Both the position numbers and the translations under genes were made by a program. From the human T2T-CHM13v2.0 reference genome, Homo sapiens: a stretch of 64,000 nt of DNA. Where the stretch lies: NCBI RefSeq assembly GCF_009914755.1, contig NC_060940.1; one strand, given 5' to 3'. Position 1 is the stretch's first letter, and every line of letters starts with the position of its first letter. Positions 51,800 to 64,000 of the stretch are shown piece after piece. The notes below the pieces were generated by a model. That model searched no databases, had not been told where the DNA came from, and saw nothing but the letters and a program-made list of their open reading frames with translations.

Positions 51800-52556
51800 T
51801 AGTTTTTTAAATGAGGAGTAATATACCTATAGCCAGGTGTACGTAAAGTATGCTAATCTTAAGTATACAACTTAATGAGACAGGTTACCCATGTACACAT
51901 CCCTGAGAGCAAGATAGAAAACATTTCCACTCTCTAGAGGGCTACCATGTGCCTCCCTCCACCACTGTACTCTTCCCTCTACCACTATTTAAATGTCCAT
52001 CATCATTGATTTGTTTTGCCTGTCTTTGAATGTTTTATATATGTGTGTATATATATATACATATATACATATAACAAAGAGTGTATATATATATACTTAT
52101 GTATGTACACATATATATACATATATAAGTATATATGTGTACATTTATACACACACACACATACACACACACACATACACACATACAGTTTTTGTCTGCT
52201 TTCTTTAACTGAACAAAATATGTGTGGGATTCTTCCAGACTAAGTTATACATGGACAGTACTGTTGTACCAGTAGTTTGTTCTTTTTAATTGCTATATGG
52301 TATTCCATTTTCTGGAAACACCGCATCTATTTATGTTTTGGCTAAGATAAGTAAGTCATTTATAAACATTCTTATATATGTATTTTTGGACATATGCAAA
52401 TATATGGGTATATATTCCTATGAATAGAATTGCTGGGTTATAGTGCAGTTGTAAGGTTCATTTTAATAGAAACTACAAACAGATTTCTAAGGTAGTTTTA
52501 CCATTTTATATTCTTAGCAGTAATGTATGACAGTTCTTCTCACATCCTTGCCAACA
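51800..52556 (-). mobile_element. Old L1M (L1ME/MC-like) 3' region containing a (TA)/(CA) microsatellite at ~52036-52186
   Basis: aagatagaaaacatttcc...tagaattgctgggtta...cacatccttgccaacact. Confidence 0.75.
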
Positions 52557-53959
52557 CTTAGGGATGTCCTGACATTTGTGTTTGATAAGCCCCTTGTACA
52601 TTCTCTGCTTTATAAAATAAAGCCTGAATTGTGTCTATGAAAATAATCACACACCCGATCATGCTTTATTTTTATCTTTTTGTGAGAAAGCGTTTACGAA
52701 AAACATATACTGGCATTTACAGGTCTGCCTCTGAGATGGGGAATGGAAAAAACAAAACAAACAAACAAACAAACAATCAAAACAGGCTTTGAAAAAAAGA
52801 CCCTCAAGTCAGGATGGAACTCAGATGAATGGAATTGCTACAGAAAGCCTACAACCAAAGTTTTATTTCATGCATGCATAATTCTGCATTTATTGCAGCC
52901 CTCAAATCCTATTTTATAACAAGACAAGCTTAATGACTGATTCTTTGCCATATACTTAATAAGCTGATGCATATACCCCAAGTTACCCAAGTCATCAGAT
53001 GGCAAATGTTTTATTTAGCCTAGAACATTAAATATTTATTGAGCCAGTCCATGGTTTACTCATTTATTCACTCCTTCATTCATTCACAACACAACCTTTA
53101 TTAAGCATCCACCATGGGCCAGGCACTGTGTTCAGCCTGAGGATATGACACCAAGTAAAACCAGCATATACGTGCTGCCTAAAAAGACGTAATTAAATCA
53201 ATACATGTAATATGGCTTGCTGTGTTCAACAATAGGGAAAGGCAATGTTTCATTATTCATTCATTCATTACGCACCTAACGATTGACACTCACACACATA
53301 CATTGCTGGTGTTCTGTACACTGGGGATGAGAAAGATACCTAGACCCTTCAGCTGCTCCTAAAACTTGTAGTCCAGGAAGTGAAGGGAAAGTAGCCTGAA
53401 TGCTATGGCCAGAGGTAGCTGAAGTATGGCGCAAGGAATGAGGAGGGTTCGGATAGCAGATACTAGAGTTACGCCCCATTCCAAGAGACCCTTTATCAAG
53501 AACAACCAGACAGCATGTCTTGGTCCTGGAATCCCTCCCTGCATTCTCAAAGGCTTGTCAAGCACAGGGACTTGGCCATGAGTTGATGGAAAGGCAAAAC
53601 CATGCTAACCATGCTGTGTAACAGGGATTGGACTTGCCATGTACATTAGTTGCCCTGCTTTTTGCCCTTTCTCTCAATCACAGGCATTAAAATTAACATC
53701 CGTGTCAAAACACATGCTAATGCACTTGCATGTAGAGAACTCGAGAACTCAGGCTTTAAACCCTGGATGCTTTTTATTCCCATGTCTAGAATTTTTGTAA
53801 TTTTGAATGTGTATGGGTTCTCAACTTAGTGTCACTGCCATAGCAAAGGATGGCCAGTCAAAATATTTAGGAAATCTATTTTTGCACTGATGAGAGTGCT
53901 GACGGTATGACCATAATGTGTATACTATCAGGTAAGAATTGTGTACATTCTGACAATCA

Positions 53960-54120
53960 TCCATTCTTATTCCATTTTACAGATGAGTTAAATGAGGTTC
54001 AAAGAAGCATTTTGTTGCAAAGTTATCGTGTAGGTAACATGTAGGAGAAGTGCAATTTGAGTTCAAGAGGTCTGACATTCAGAGCTCCAGGATCTGAAGC
54101 CACGAGGCTATATTACCTTC
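53960..54120 (-). mobile_element. MIR SINE
   Basis: tccattttacagatgagttaaatgagg core. Confidence 0.7.
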
Positions 54121-56100
54121 CTGAGACATAGAGGATCTTTTGAAATGAACCCACCTGTAATTCACATCAAATGTTTCACATACTGCAGGCGATCAGATTA
54201 TTTACCATATTCTCAGTGATACTTAAAAACTTTCAACTCTGCTATCCTTTAAACCCCTCACATTCCAGAAGAATGAGGTTGTCTCTGTTTTGTGTGATGT
54301 CAGGATTTCCCTGCTGGGCTGTGTCCACTCTGTTGGAGTTCCTTTGTCCTGGGAATCAAATGACTTAGTCTCTTTAGAGAAGTTGGGCATGGAGCCCTGG
54401 TTCTCACATGGCCATTGGCCATGCTAAGTCAGAGAGCCAGGAGATGTAATCTACATCTCCATCTCTGACAGTGGGAGGGGACTTCTGCACCACAGGTGTT
54501 CTCTGAAATGGAGGATAAATACCTTTTAGAAGTATTTTGCAATCGAACACCACCTGCAACCCTGATATTAAATGTATCATTTCTTTCAAAGGGATCCGCA
54601 TTGTCTTTTTTGTTCAACAGTCTGTGTATTTAACACGTGCTACTATGTGAAGAATGCCACAGACTTCCTATAGTTTGGTACCTTCTGCAGAGATTGGTAA
54701 TACCTCTCAAATGTTAAACTTTCTTAGTTTTTCTCAAAAATGACATGAGGTTATTAAAAATAAACATCTGCTTAGAAATGCTATGAAATTTCAGATGTTA
54801 AAATATACATTTCTTCCTTTTTTTCTCACCAATAATTTGGGAACTATCCCCCACCCCAGGATTAGAAATGGACCCTTTCAACACTCTCTGACTGTCTCAC
54901 GATCCAAGTTATAATAAGCAATATGCCATTCAGAGACAGCAAGTCCCTAAGTAAAGGACAGGCTCTTTGATGACTTCCAGCCCTTCTCATTCCTCCTCTT
55001 TGTGGTGTGTCTATGAGAACCGGCTTCTGGTTGCTGCAACACTGGGAAACAAAATGCAAACCAAACAAATAATCTATTTCCAAGGTTTTCTTACAGAGAG
55101 AGAGATCTATTTATGAAACATACATTGTTCGGTTTCAGGGGAAAATCATGTAATCATTGCAAGGGAAAAAGCATGGAAAGTGCTTTATTTTGCATAAAAA
55201 TCCCCTTGCTCTATGATTTATGTAGCTGAGAGTTTTAGTCTGGGGGAGCATGGGTCTTAGTATCCCACCAAAAGAAGACGGAATCTAAAATGCAGAGAGA
55301 ATTGCCTCTCACAACAAAACGCTGGTGTTTATTAACCTGGCATGAGGAGGGGCAGTGTGTGTGTGGCGGGGGCGGGGTGGGGGGGGGGGTCAGGAAAAAA
55401 AAAAGAAATAAATGTATTTTGCTTGTGGGTGATATTACTCAATAAAGATGGACCCCAAGCTATGCATCACTCCTTAGAGCAGACAAGTCATTCCCGGCAA
55501 TTAATATTTGAGGACTCAGCTGGGTTCTGCTGAACTTATGTAGGGTGCATAGGAAATCAGCATTGATTCAATATACCAGTTACTTAGACCCTGCAAAGAA
55601 CTGCCCTTCTCTCCACTCTAGTTGAGAATGTTTTATTGCAGTCAGCACCTGTTTATGAAATGCCCTCTGGGAATCTCTCCCACTTAAGAGGTACAGTCTC
55701 CTAGGACATCAGGGCTGGAAGGAAACTAACAAGACTTTCAGCAAAAACACCTTATCAATGCTTCGATTTTCACCACCACGTCCCAGAAAAGAAGCTAGAA
55801 AGCTTCTCCTTCAGCACATCCAGAGATGGAAAGATACAAACCTTCCAAGCAACCTTTTCCATTTCAGATAACTGCAGTTGTTAAAAAGTGATTTCTTAAC
55901 ATTGAACCAAAAACTGGACCTCTTCTAACTTCTGGTTTTGCTCCTTCTTCTGCCCTCAGGACTACTGATTAAATGAAGCCTTTGATGAAGTGCATGCAGT
56001 TTGTAGCTTGATTCATGGGAATACTCATCACAGACTGAAAGTGTAACCCAGGGTCTCTGGGTTTTTGGGAACGCGCTGTGTAAAAGTATCTACTTGTAAC

Positions 56101-56535
56101 TGTTACTCCCTGAGTTGTTGTTGTTTTAGAAAGTTCCAAGAAGAAGCTTAGCCTTGGAAAAAACAAAAACTGGTTGAATCCAGAAGTGGAGATGAATTTT
56201 GGCCAACGCTCCTCACTGCCACACTAAAAACCCTGCTCAGAGAGGAGCTTATTCACCATGTTCTATTCATGCAATGTGTGTGGAAACATGATCTACGACA
56301 GCATGCGTGCTGCCTTCACCCTACCTCTACATACAATGACTCATTTAACCTGCTGAATAAAAGCCCTGTTTTCACCTTTGCTGGGGGAGGTGCTGCTTTG
56401 GGAACTATTCGCAGTGTCCTCTTCACTTTTTGCAAGTAATAGAATACCCTTGTTAAATCCTACTTGGTTGTGGTCATTATAGTGTCACCCGCCAAGCAAT
56501 CGATCCCACCCAGGGTTAACAAATGCGGGATAACA
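56101..56535 (+). mobile_element. Solo LTR, probably ERVL class (family not identified)
   Basis: TGTTA...TAACA inverted termini and aataaaagcc TATA-like / aagtaataga poly(A)-like signals. No clear TSD. Confidence 0.6.
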
Positions 56536-56698
56536 AATGTCAGGTTTTAGGCAAGTTACTTACTCGCTCAAAATATGAAGATATAAGTTACCATCAGTTG
56601 TCAATCATGGTGAGCTTTGCTCTGCTGCAGTAACAGACAATCGTAACTCTTAGTAGCTCTAAATGACCAGTTTAAATAACACCTCGTCTTTGTAGTTT

Positions 56699-57332
56699 TG
56701 ATAGCGACAGGAGGCAGCCAAATGCCTAGGCAGGTAGGGGCAGGTTCCCCGTGAAACTCCATCTCCAAGCCGAAGACAGTTTAGAGCCTGAAAGCCAAGC
56801 TCCACATTAAATCCTCCGACTGGATTGAGAACTTGTCTTCCTGTTTAGTGTGCTTTTCTCTCATTGGTCCCTGCCATTCACCTATTTCATATACACCTAA
56901 CCTTTTCTAATTGGTTTTCTATACTGTCATGCCCAACTTTGAGTGGTCTTTGCTTTAACCTTTTCTACATATTCACAAACCGATCAGCATGCACCCCCCA
57001 TTCTGAGTCCATGAAAGGCTCTGGATCTAGCCACACAGAGGAACTTTCCCATCTTCAGGTAGGGGGGCCACCACGAACATGTCCCCTCTCCACCAAAAGC
57101 TGTTTTCATTGTTCAATAAAATTCTTCTCTGCCTTCCTCACCCTTCAATGTCCAGCATATCCTCATTCTTCTTGGGCATGGTACAAGAGCACAGGAACCA
57201 CTGAAGGTGGGTACAAGTTATAATACAGGCAAGTGGGGGCATGCCAGCTTTGGCTGAGTGAGGACCAGGTCGAGCATTACTGTCAGGGGATCCCTGGCTT
57301 GCAAAGTGACCAAGAAGAAAAGTCTTACATTA
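56699..57332 (+). mobile_element. Complete ERV1 solo LTR (MER61-like) inserted in an older MLT1-like element
   Basis: Starts TGATAGCGACAGGAGGCAGCC, has an internal AATAAA at ~57115 and ends ACATTA. 4-bp TSD GTTT at 56695-56698 and 57333-57336. Confidence 0.8.
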
Positions 57333-58211
57333 GTTTGGCTAGGGTGAGGCCCTGACCTCTGTTACCTTCACTCGGCCAGCTCACTGATGGTGACTCTGTA
57401 TTGATAGGCACTCCACCCAGAAATTGTGCACTGACATTTCCTGGCCAACGAAAGTTACTCAACTATGCCTGATTTTAAACTGCAATCCTAACATGACCCA
57501 GAAGGTGAAGAGCCAGAAATATTTGATGACTACACTGAGCCCACTTTCCCTCACAGGCTTGTTTTGCAGGGTTAATGATTTAAGCCATGTGATGTATGGT
57601 TCACAGGGTGCCTGGCACCTGCCAAGTATTCTTCCCCCAGGAGTTGGCAGATCCTTGAAGGCACTCTCTGGTTTAGATATTCTTAGCTCCTTCCACTGTT
57701 CCTCATGCTACATTATCTTAAATCTTTTTATTTTTACCATCCTGGTTCGTCTCCTCTAAAAATCCTACCCAAATGTCCCTGTTAATTCATGATCCACCAG
57801 AAACAAACAATCTTCCAGCTGAATACAGAACCCAAGAGAACAAAATGATCTCCTTCCTTCTTCTAGATTATGCATCCTAAAATCTGACTGTTTTTTCTTT
57901 TCTGGCAATCAGAGTGCACTGTTGAATTTACTGTCAATTAAACATTCTCTATCTCTTCTATGTATTTTTCTGTATTTAGACATTTTTCTCCAATCCCATA
58001 CTTGTGTCATTAGCTTTTCAGTCACAAATAAAAGAAGTTTCACATTGTTCCTTATTAAAGAGCATCTGTTTGACTTGGCCCATTCTTCCCAGCAGTTATA
58101 ATTCAGACCAAGGTTGTTCTCATCCAACATTCAAACAAACACTATGGAATGGGAGAGGTATGAAAGCATTCATCCCGACAAACAATGGTCTCACCATTTT
58201 GGAAGGCATCT

Positions 58212-58405
58212 TTTTTACTTCATTTTTTAACAGCTGTATTAATATGTAACTGAGGTACAATAAACTGAATACATTTAAAGGGTACAATTTTTATAAGTGT
58301 GGACCTTTGAATACACCCATGGAACCATGACCAAAATTAAGACCATGAACATATCTGTCACTCCCAGAAGTTTCCTTGTGTTCCTTTCTAATCCTCCCTT
58401 CTTGC
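58212..58405 (-). mobile_element. Old L1M 3' end fragment
   Basis: ttttttaacagctgtatt...acatttaaagggtacaattt...ctcccagaagtttccttgtg. Confidence 0.7.
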
Positions 58406-58420
58406 CTAGGAGACATTTTT

Positions 58421-58721
58421 TGTTATTTATATATTATTTTTTTTAAGGACTCTTTCTCTGTCTCCCAGGCTGGAGTGCAGTGGCGTGACTTTGGCTCACT
58501 GCAAACTCTGCGTCCTGGGTTCAAGCGATTCTCCTGCCTCAGCCTCCTGAGTAGCTGGGACTACAATTGCGTGCCACCACACCCAGCTAATTTTTGTATT
58601 TTTAATAGAGACAGGGTTTCACCATGTTGGCCAGGATGGTCTTGATCTCTTGACCTCATGATCCGCCCGCCTTGGCCTCCCAAAGTGCTGGGATTACAGG
58701 CGTGAGCCGCTGCACCCGGGC
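58421..58721 (-). mobile_element. AluS (AluSc-like)
   Basis: gccaggatggtcttgatctcttgacctcatgatcc. Near-identical TSD ctaggagacattttt (58406-20) / ctaggaaacattttt (58721-35). Confidence 0.95.
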
Positions 58722-60253
58722 TAGGAAACATTTTTAAATCACTCTTTCTATTCTCATGACATATGTAGCAACTAGCACAGTGCTGAGCACAAAATAGATG
58801 ATTTATACAAATTTGTTGGAGTTCTAAACAAGTGTCCAGAATATCTGAATGCTTGTCATGTCCATATAACAATGCCCCAAGGTTGGTCCTTAAGCAGAAG
58901 GTGCCATTTGATGGCCTGCATCTCACCCATTAGAACACAGATAATTACACAAGGGCAGAGCCCCTCATCCCAAGGTGCCCAAGCTATGGACAAGCCAGTG
59001 GCATATGGGAAGCCTGGTATAGGGCCTGGTCCAGAGGAGACAGCAATATCCAATTGAACCACTCCAATCCTTCTTTGGGGAAGTGGATGCCATCATTCTT
59101 CTCATGCAGAAGTGGAGACATGTTGTATCAACTTACAGACCTTTCATCCTATCCAAGATACATACATTCCGGTCATTCCAAAGTATTTACTCAGCACTTA
59201 CTATATATTGGGTACTATTCCAGGTGCTAGGCATTTAGCAGTGAAAAAAACCTGTTGGAAGCCCAAGGGAAAAGTCTATTACTGTAGATGGAGAGTAAGA
59301 TGATGCAGAGGTGGACAGAGAACGGGGGAAAATATGTAAAAAGTAAAGGGCGGGAAAGTCACGATCATTTAGGGGAACTCCAGAAGTGACTATCACCCTC
59401 TCAGCCTTATTACCCTGATACATTTTTGCTTTCCTTTTCTTTAGGCAAAGAGAGTGTTATCTGACATCCTCTTTTCCACTTCAACTCTTCCTACCCAAGC
59501 AGCAATAGGAGCACATGTTCTAACGTGTCTGGAAAACCAACTCTCATCAATTAATTACTAACCGTTCTCTAGAGCTCTGGGGGTGGTGCCTGGGACACAG
59601 AAGGCATGGTCTTGAAATAAGGGTGTATCACTGTTTCTTTTGCATTGCAGAAGGTGAGGGCACTAACCTGCTGTCACAGCAGTGGACTGACCTCACAGAA
59701 GGACTGCCTGCTTAGTGGGAGAGCAAAGTGAAAATGATTTGAAGAAATCCAAATTCTATCGACCCATACTGCACAAGCCTTCCATTATTCAGCTTTAAGA
59801 ACTAATGTATAATGTGTGCTATTGCCATCAAACTTCTGTTGCAAATAATTCATGCCTGGAACTCTTAAAAGATATATTGTTAACATTATCACCAGCGGAA
59901 TCAGACTGGACAAATTCTTGGAATTTGATGAAAATGATCACTCTGGTATTTGAGATCCTCTTTAAGGGTTTTAGTATATGAATCTCAGCAAGAGGCTAAC
60001 ATAATAAGGCGAAATTTGGCTCAAAATTTACCAAAAAACCGGTCACTGGGTTAATTATCTAATGCTGATTGCTACATTTTTTCAACACAATTTAGATTCA
60101 ACCCTCTTTGTCAAAGATCAACAGTGCTACCTGGTTAGTGACTTTTTTGTTTGTTTGTTTGCTTTTTTGTTTAACAGCTTTATTAAAGTGTAATTTTTAT
60201 ACAAAATGGTTGGTGTTTACATCAACAGCAAAAGTAGAAACTCATTCCCAGAG

Positions 60254-60363
60254 TCTTGGATGGAGGCCAGGAATGCTGCTAAACATCCTACAATGAACAC
60301 AGCCTCCAACACGAAGAGTTAACCAGCCCAGAATATTAGTCATGCTAAGGCTGAGAAACCGTG
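60254..60363 (+). mobile_element. MER20 hAT-Charlie 3' half
   Basis: ggaggccaggaatgctgctaaacatcctacaatg...gctgagaaaccgtg. Confidence 0.85.
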
Positions 60364-60369
60364 TTTCAA

Positions 60370-60500
60370 AATGAGCCTCAGTTTTCTCATCTGTAAAATG
60401 ATAATGATATCTACTTTTCAGGATTGTTGCAAGGCTCATTGACAATGCCAGTAAAGTAGCTATAATGGCCTGACTTGCACCAAGCACTCAAAGTAGGTAT
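60370..60500 (+). mobile_element. MIR SINE
   Basis: tgagcctcagttttctcatctgtaaaatgataat core. Confidence 0.8.
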
Positions 60501-61929
60501 TCTCATGTGAACATGATGGTGATAAATATTATTTCATTTCTTATCCTGGATTGGATCAAGTCTTAAAGAAATAGGCACAGAAATGCCTTCTGGTCACCAA
60601 GTAATTAGTCCTTCAACAGCAAAACATGTGCAGTTTTAAACTAAGGTTCTAAAAAGGTACAACAGAATGTTTGTCTTTGGAATGTGTAGCATTTTGGGTA
60701 AGGGCAGCTTGTTTGTTTGTACTCCACCCTGAATATGACCCACAGTCATTTCCTCTTCTTTGGCTTTGCTCTTGGGTCTTTACCATGATGAGGAAGTGGG
60801 GTCTCTCCTCACACAGGATCACAGTCCAGAGGGAGCTCCCACAGGGAACGCCCAAGCCTTTTATGAAATAGGACTTCTGGTCTGGTGGTGTCTGAGTGAT
60901 GCCACCTCCTTCCTTACACTCAAAATAATTCCTCCCCTCTATCTAGGACGATAGCCACAGAAAGAATGCTACAGGCCACCCAGCGTAAGGTGGAAGTACT
61001 GTTTAAGTCAAGGGAATGCCCCTAGAGTTGTGACTTGAACCTTATAGGTAAATGAGGAGTTCCTCACCCTTCCGTCTCTTATCACAGAGCTTCTTCAGTT
61101 CAGATCCTAGGGGGCCTCCACTATATACCCCCATCTCTACTTTCTTGAAAGAATACCAGGAAGATTTCATGGCAGGCTCCTTGATCCATCACTGAGTAAT
61201 AGGAAAGGGACTACTACCCTTTGGGGACTGGCAGCTTCAGAATTTTGCAGGAGCAACTCAGGGCTCATACAGCAACTATTGTAGAAGCACTAGAAAAGCC
61301 AAGAAGCAGTGCTTGCATAACAGGCACACTGGTTTTACATAGCTAGCATGTTTATTGGGGGTAGCTTGGGAAGAATCACCGTTCTGGGGGATTGAAGGAC
61401 TATACTCCCCAAATCACCAGGGCTGCCACCGCTGCATGTGGGTTGACTCTTACGTCCAGTTTTTTTCTTCTTACCATCCTCAGGAGAACTCATCCCCCAA
61501 TCACAACCAATAGTCTTCTTCACCCAATAGTGATCGGATTTTGGAATAAATATGTTTATTATTTCATTCAGCAAATATCTACCAAAAAAAACCCACCATG
61601 GTAAACTCTGGCATAAACAGTCAGTGGAGCTTGTAGCTTAATAAATGTGATAATGCTTAACATGTGTACAATTGATTATCATTTTTGGTTTAGCTCTCTC
61701 GGGTCTGTTACATCATTTAATGCTCATAGAACCTCCCCCATCCCAAGACAAGGAGGATGGAGGTGATAGATGCCTTTTTGATGGACGAAGCAACCAAAGC
61801 TGATAAAAAGAGTTAAGGGGACATCAAAACTCAAATTCAAGCCTTCTAGCCCCAGCCTAGTGCTTTCAAACTACAGATAGCTCTTTTCCCTATTCATCTT
61901 CTGCACCTCTCCCTCATTTTTTACAAGCT

Positions 61930-62244
61930 CTTTTTGTTTTAATTTTTTAAAATGTGTATAGGTACATAGTAGGTATATATATTTACGGGGTACATGAGAT
62001 GTTTTGATACAGGCATGCAATGTGAAACAATCACATCATGGAGAATGGGGTATCCATCCCCTCAAAGCAAACAACCAACAAAATTAAGAGATAGCACACA
62101 GAATAGGAAAAAAAAATTGTAAACTGCTCATCTGTCAAGGAATTAATAACCAGAATATATAAGGAGCTCAAACAACTCTATAGAAAAAAAATGTAATTAT
62201 CCAATCAGAAAAAATGGACAAAAGATCTGGATAGACATTTCTCA
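61930..62244 (-). mobile_element. L1MA2-like element with an inverted 5' piece (3' end on minus at 61930-62065; ORF2 piece on plus at 62063-62244)
   Basis: gtacatgagatgttttgatacaggcatgcaatgtg...catcccctcaa is joined directly to caaagcaaacaacc...gagctcaaacaactctatag...agacatttctca. Confidence 0.8.
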
Positions 62245-64000
62245 CTCTCTTATAGTGGTGAGAGAGTCCTAGGTTGAGTTAACTAGGCTCGACTTTTATC
62301 CACCCTTTCTCACAAGGGATGAAAGCATGGTGTGGATGGAAGTTATGTTATTCAACTTGTAACTTTTTATCTTGTCACTACCCTCATTTGAAATATAATC
62401 AGATAGAGTGGAAGTGAGACTCTAAGACCTTTCAATCTGATCTTTTCATTTTATGGATGATGGTCCTGAGATCTGGGGCATTAAAAATGACTACGACACA
62501 ACAATACTAGTGAGAGAAAGTCTCTCATTCTCCTAATCCCAATTCACCAATCTTCTTAAGTTTTCTTACGGCTCTTGTCTAAACCTAAGGAAAAAAAGTG
62601 ATCTCAGCATCAAATAATAATTCTTTCTTCCAATTTCATTGGAAAACATTTTGAAAACATTGTGAATTGCCACTTGAAACAGGCAACAGTTCTGTTTGCA
62701 AATAACTCTCTGATGAAGTGGAGTGGGTTTAAAATCAGAAACAAAAACAACTTCTTTGCTACCTTGCTGGAAACTTCAGGCAAATATGTGTCATACATGG
62801 TCAACTATATAAATTATCAAAGTTATTTTTGTTGAGTCACTACATGCTTCAAAAGATGTATCAATCCCTGAACATCCTGTCCATGGAACCCTGGCATTAA
62901 CTTGATGAATGGGATAGCGTATTCTGAAATCACATTGCTTAATTTCCTGTAGCTATTGTAAAGTTTAAGTTCATTAGAACTTTGGGCTCAGCAGCGACAG
63001 CATCCTTCCACTGAAGGTGCAAATGGCAATGATAAATTGGCCTTGCAAAATGATCACAGTGATACACAGTACAGTACATATACATAGCATATCATTTCTT
63101 GATAACCAATAAAGAAAATATCCAAATTAATTGATGCATTCTCTGGGGATCTTTTCTCTAGGGCTGTCTCAAACTAGTTCAGTAGTGAGGTTGGGGCTTG
63201 CTTACTTCTATGGACTTATCTTCTTGAGAAAGTCACTCAGAAGGGCAATCCAATTGCTCCTACTTCAGTTTTCAAGCAGAATGTTGGAGAATAAAGCCTT
63301 TGGCAAGAACTTTCTTGGGAGACGAAGGGTAACTGTCTATAAGGTGCTCTTGAAATGTGTTTGTTTGCCTTGGTGATCCTCAAAGACACCTGGAAGATCT
63401 TCTCTAGGCAAGAAGCCTTGGCATGGGCACTGCCACGCTGAATATTCATTTTGAAGTACAGCATATAAAGTATAAACAAAAGCCAAATGCTGCTCCTAAA
63501 AAGCATTTTCTACATTTCATAAATAACAATAAAATTTGCTTGTAATGGTAACTACCACTTTTAGAAAACAAAAAGCTTACTATTTTGTGTCTTATAGTGA
63601 ATATTTCTGGAAGGCAGTGAAAAATGCCCAATTTATTTTAGAAATATTCATTGAGTCCCTCTGGCCTTTTAAACAGAGTGCTGGGGAAACAAAGGTTCTT
63701 AAAATAATGCCTGCATTCTTGAAGAAGGCTCCCACAGACTAGTGGAAATGCAAGGTTCATGAACAGTCATGATGCAATCCTCAGGGAGCCTACCTATGAT
63801 GAGATGAGTTGGGTAAAGCATAACCAAAAGGATTTCTATGTTTGGGCTCTGAAAGAATGCAAGGGTGTTCGCTGGGTGAAGAAAAATGGAAAGGGCATAG
63901 GGCAAAGAGAACAGCATGTTCAAAGTTGCAATAGAAAGAATGTGTGACGAATTCAGGAATCCAGAAGAAGACCTATGTTATGGAAAGAGAGAGCTCAAAA

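Overview
This is vertebrate, almost certainly human (or great-ape), non-coding genomic DNA. It contains a CpG-rich AluY carrying AluYa5 diagnostic bases, an L1PA3-like 3' end, and many AluS/J, old L1M, MIR, L2, LTR and hAT/mariner relics. No credible host protein-coding exon was found. The only recognisable protein is the C-terminal 200 aa of L1 ORF2p, and the other ORF-track entries are Alu, low-complexity or chance ORFs. The main functional-looking feature is a small CpG-island promoter (~18880-19335). It holds a perfect TCTCGCGAGA (BANP/CGCG) palindrome, GC boxes, an embedded A30 tract, and an RFX half-site between two exactly inverted CCAAT boxes. It is abutted by an unusual composite array of five ~36-bp G-rich cores separated by (TG)n spacers. 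Candidate minus-strand exons suggest a spliced, probably non-coding transcript. I cannot name the gene or locus from sequence alone. There is no evidence for a CRISPR, prokaryotic or otherwise novel multi-gene system. Repeat subfamily names come from recall of consensus sequences and need RepeatMasker/Dfam confirmation.
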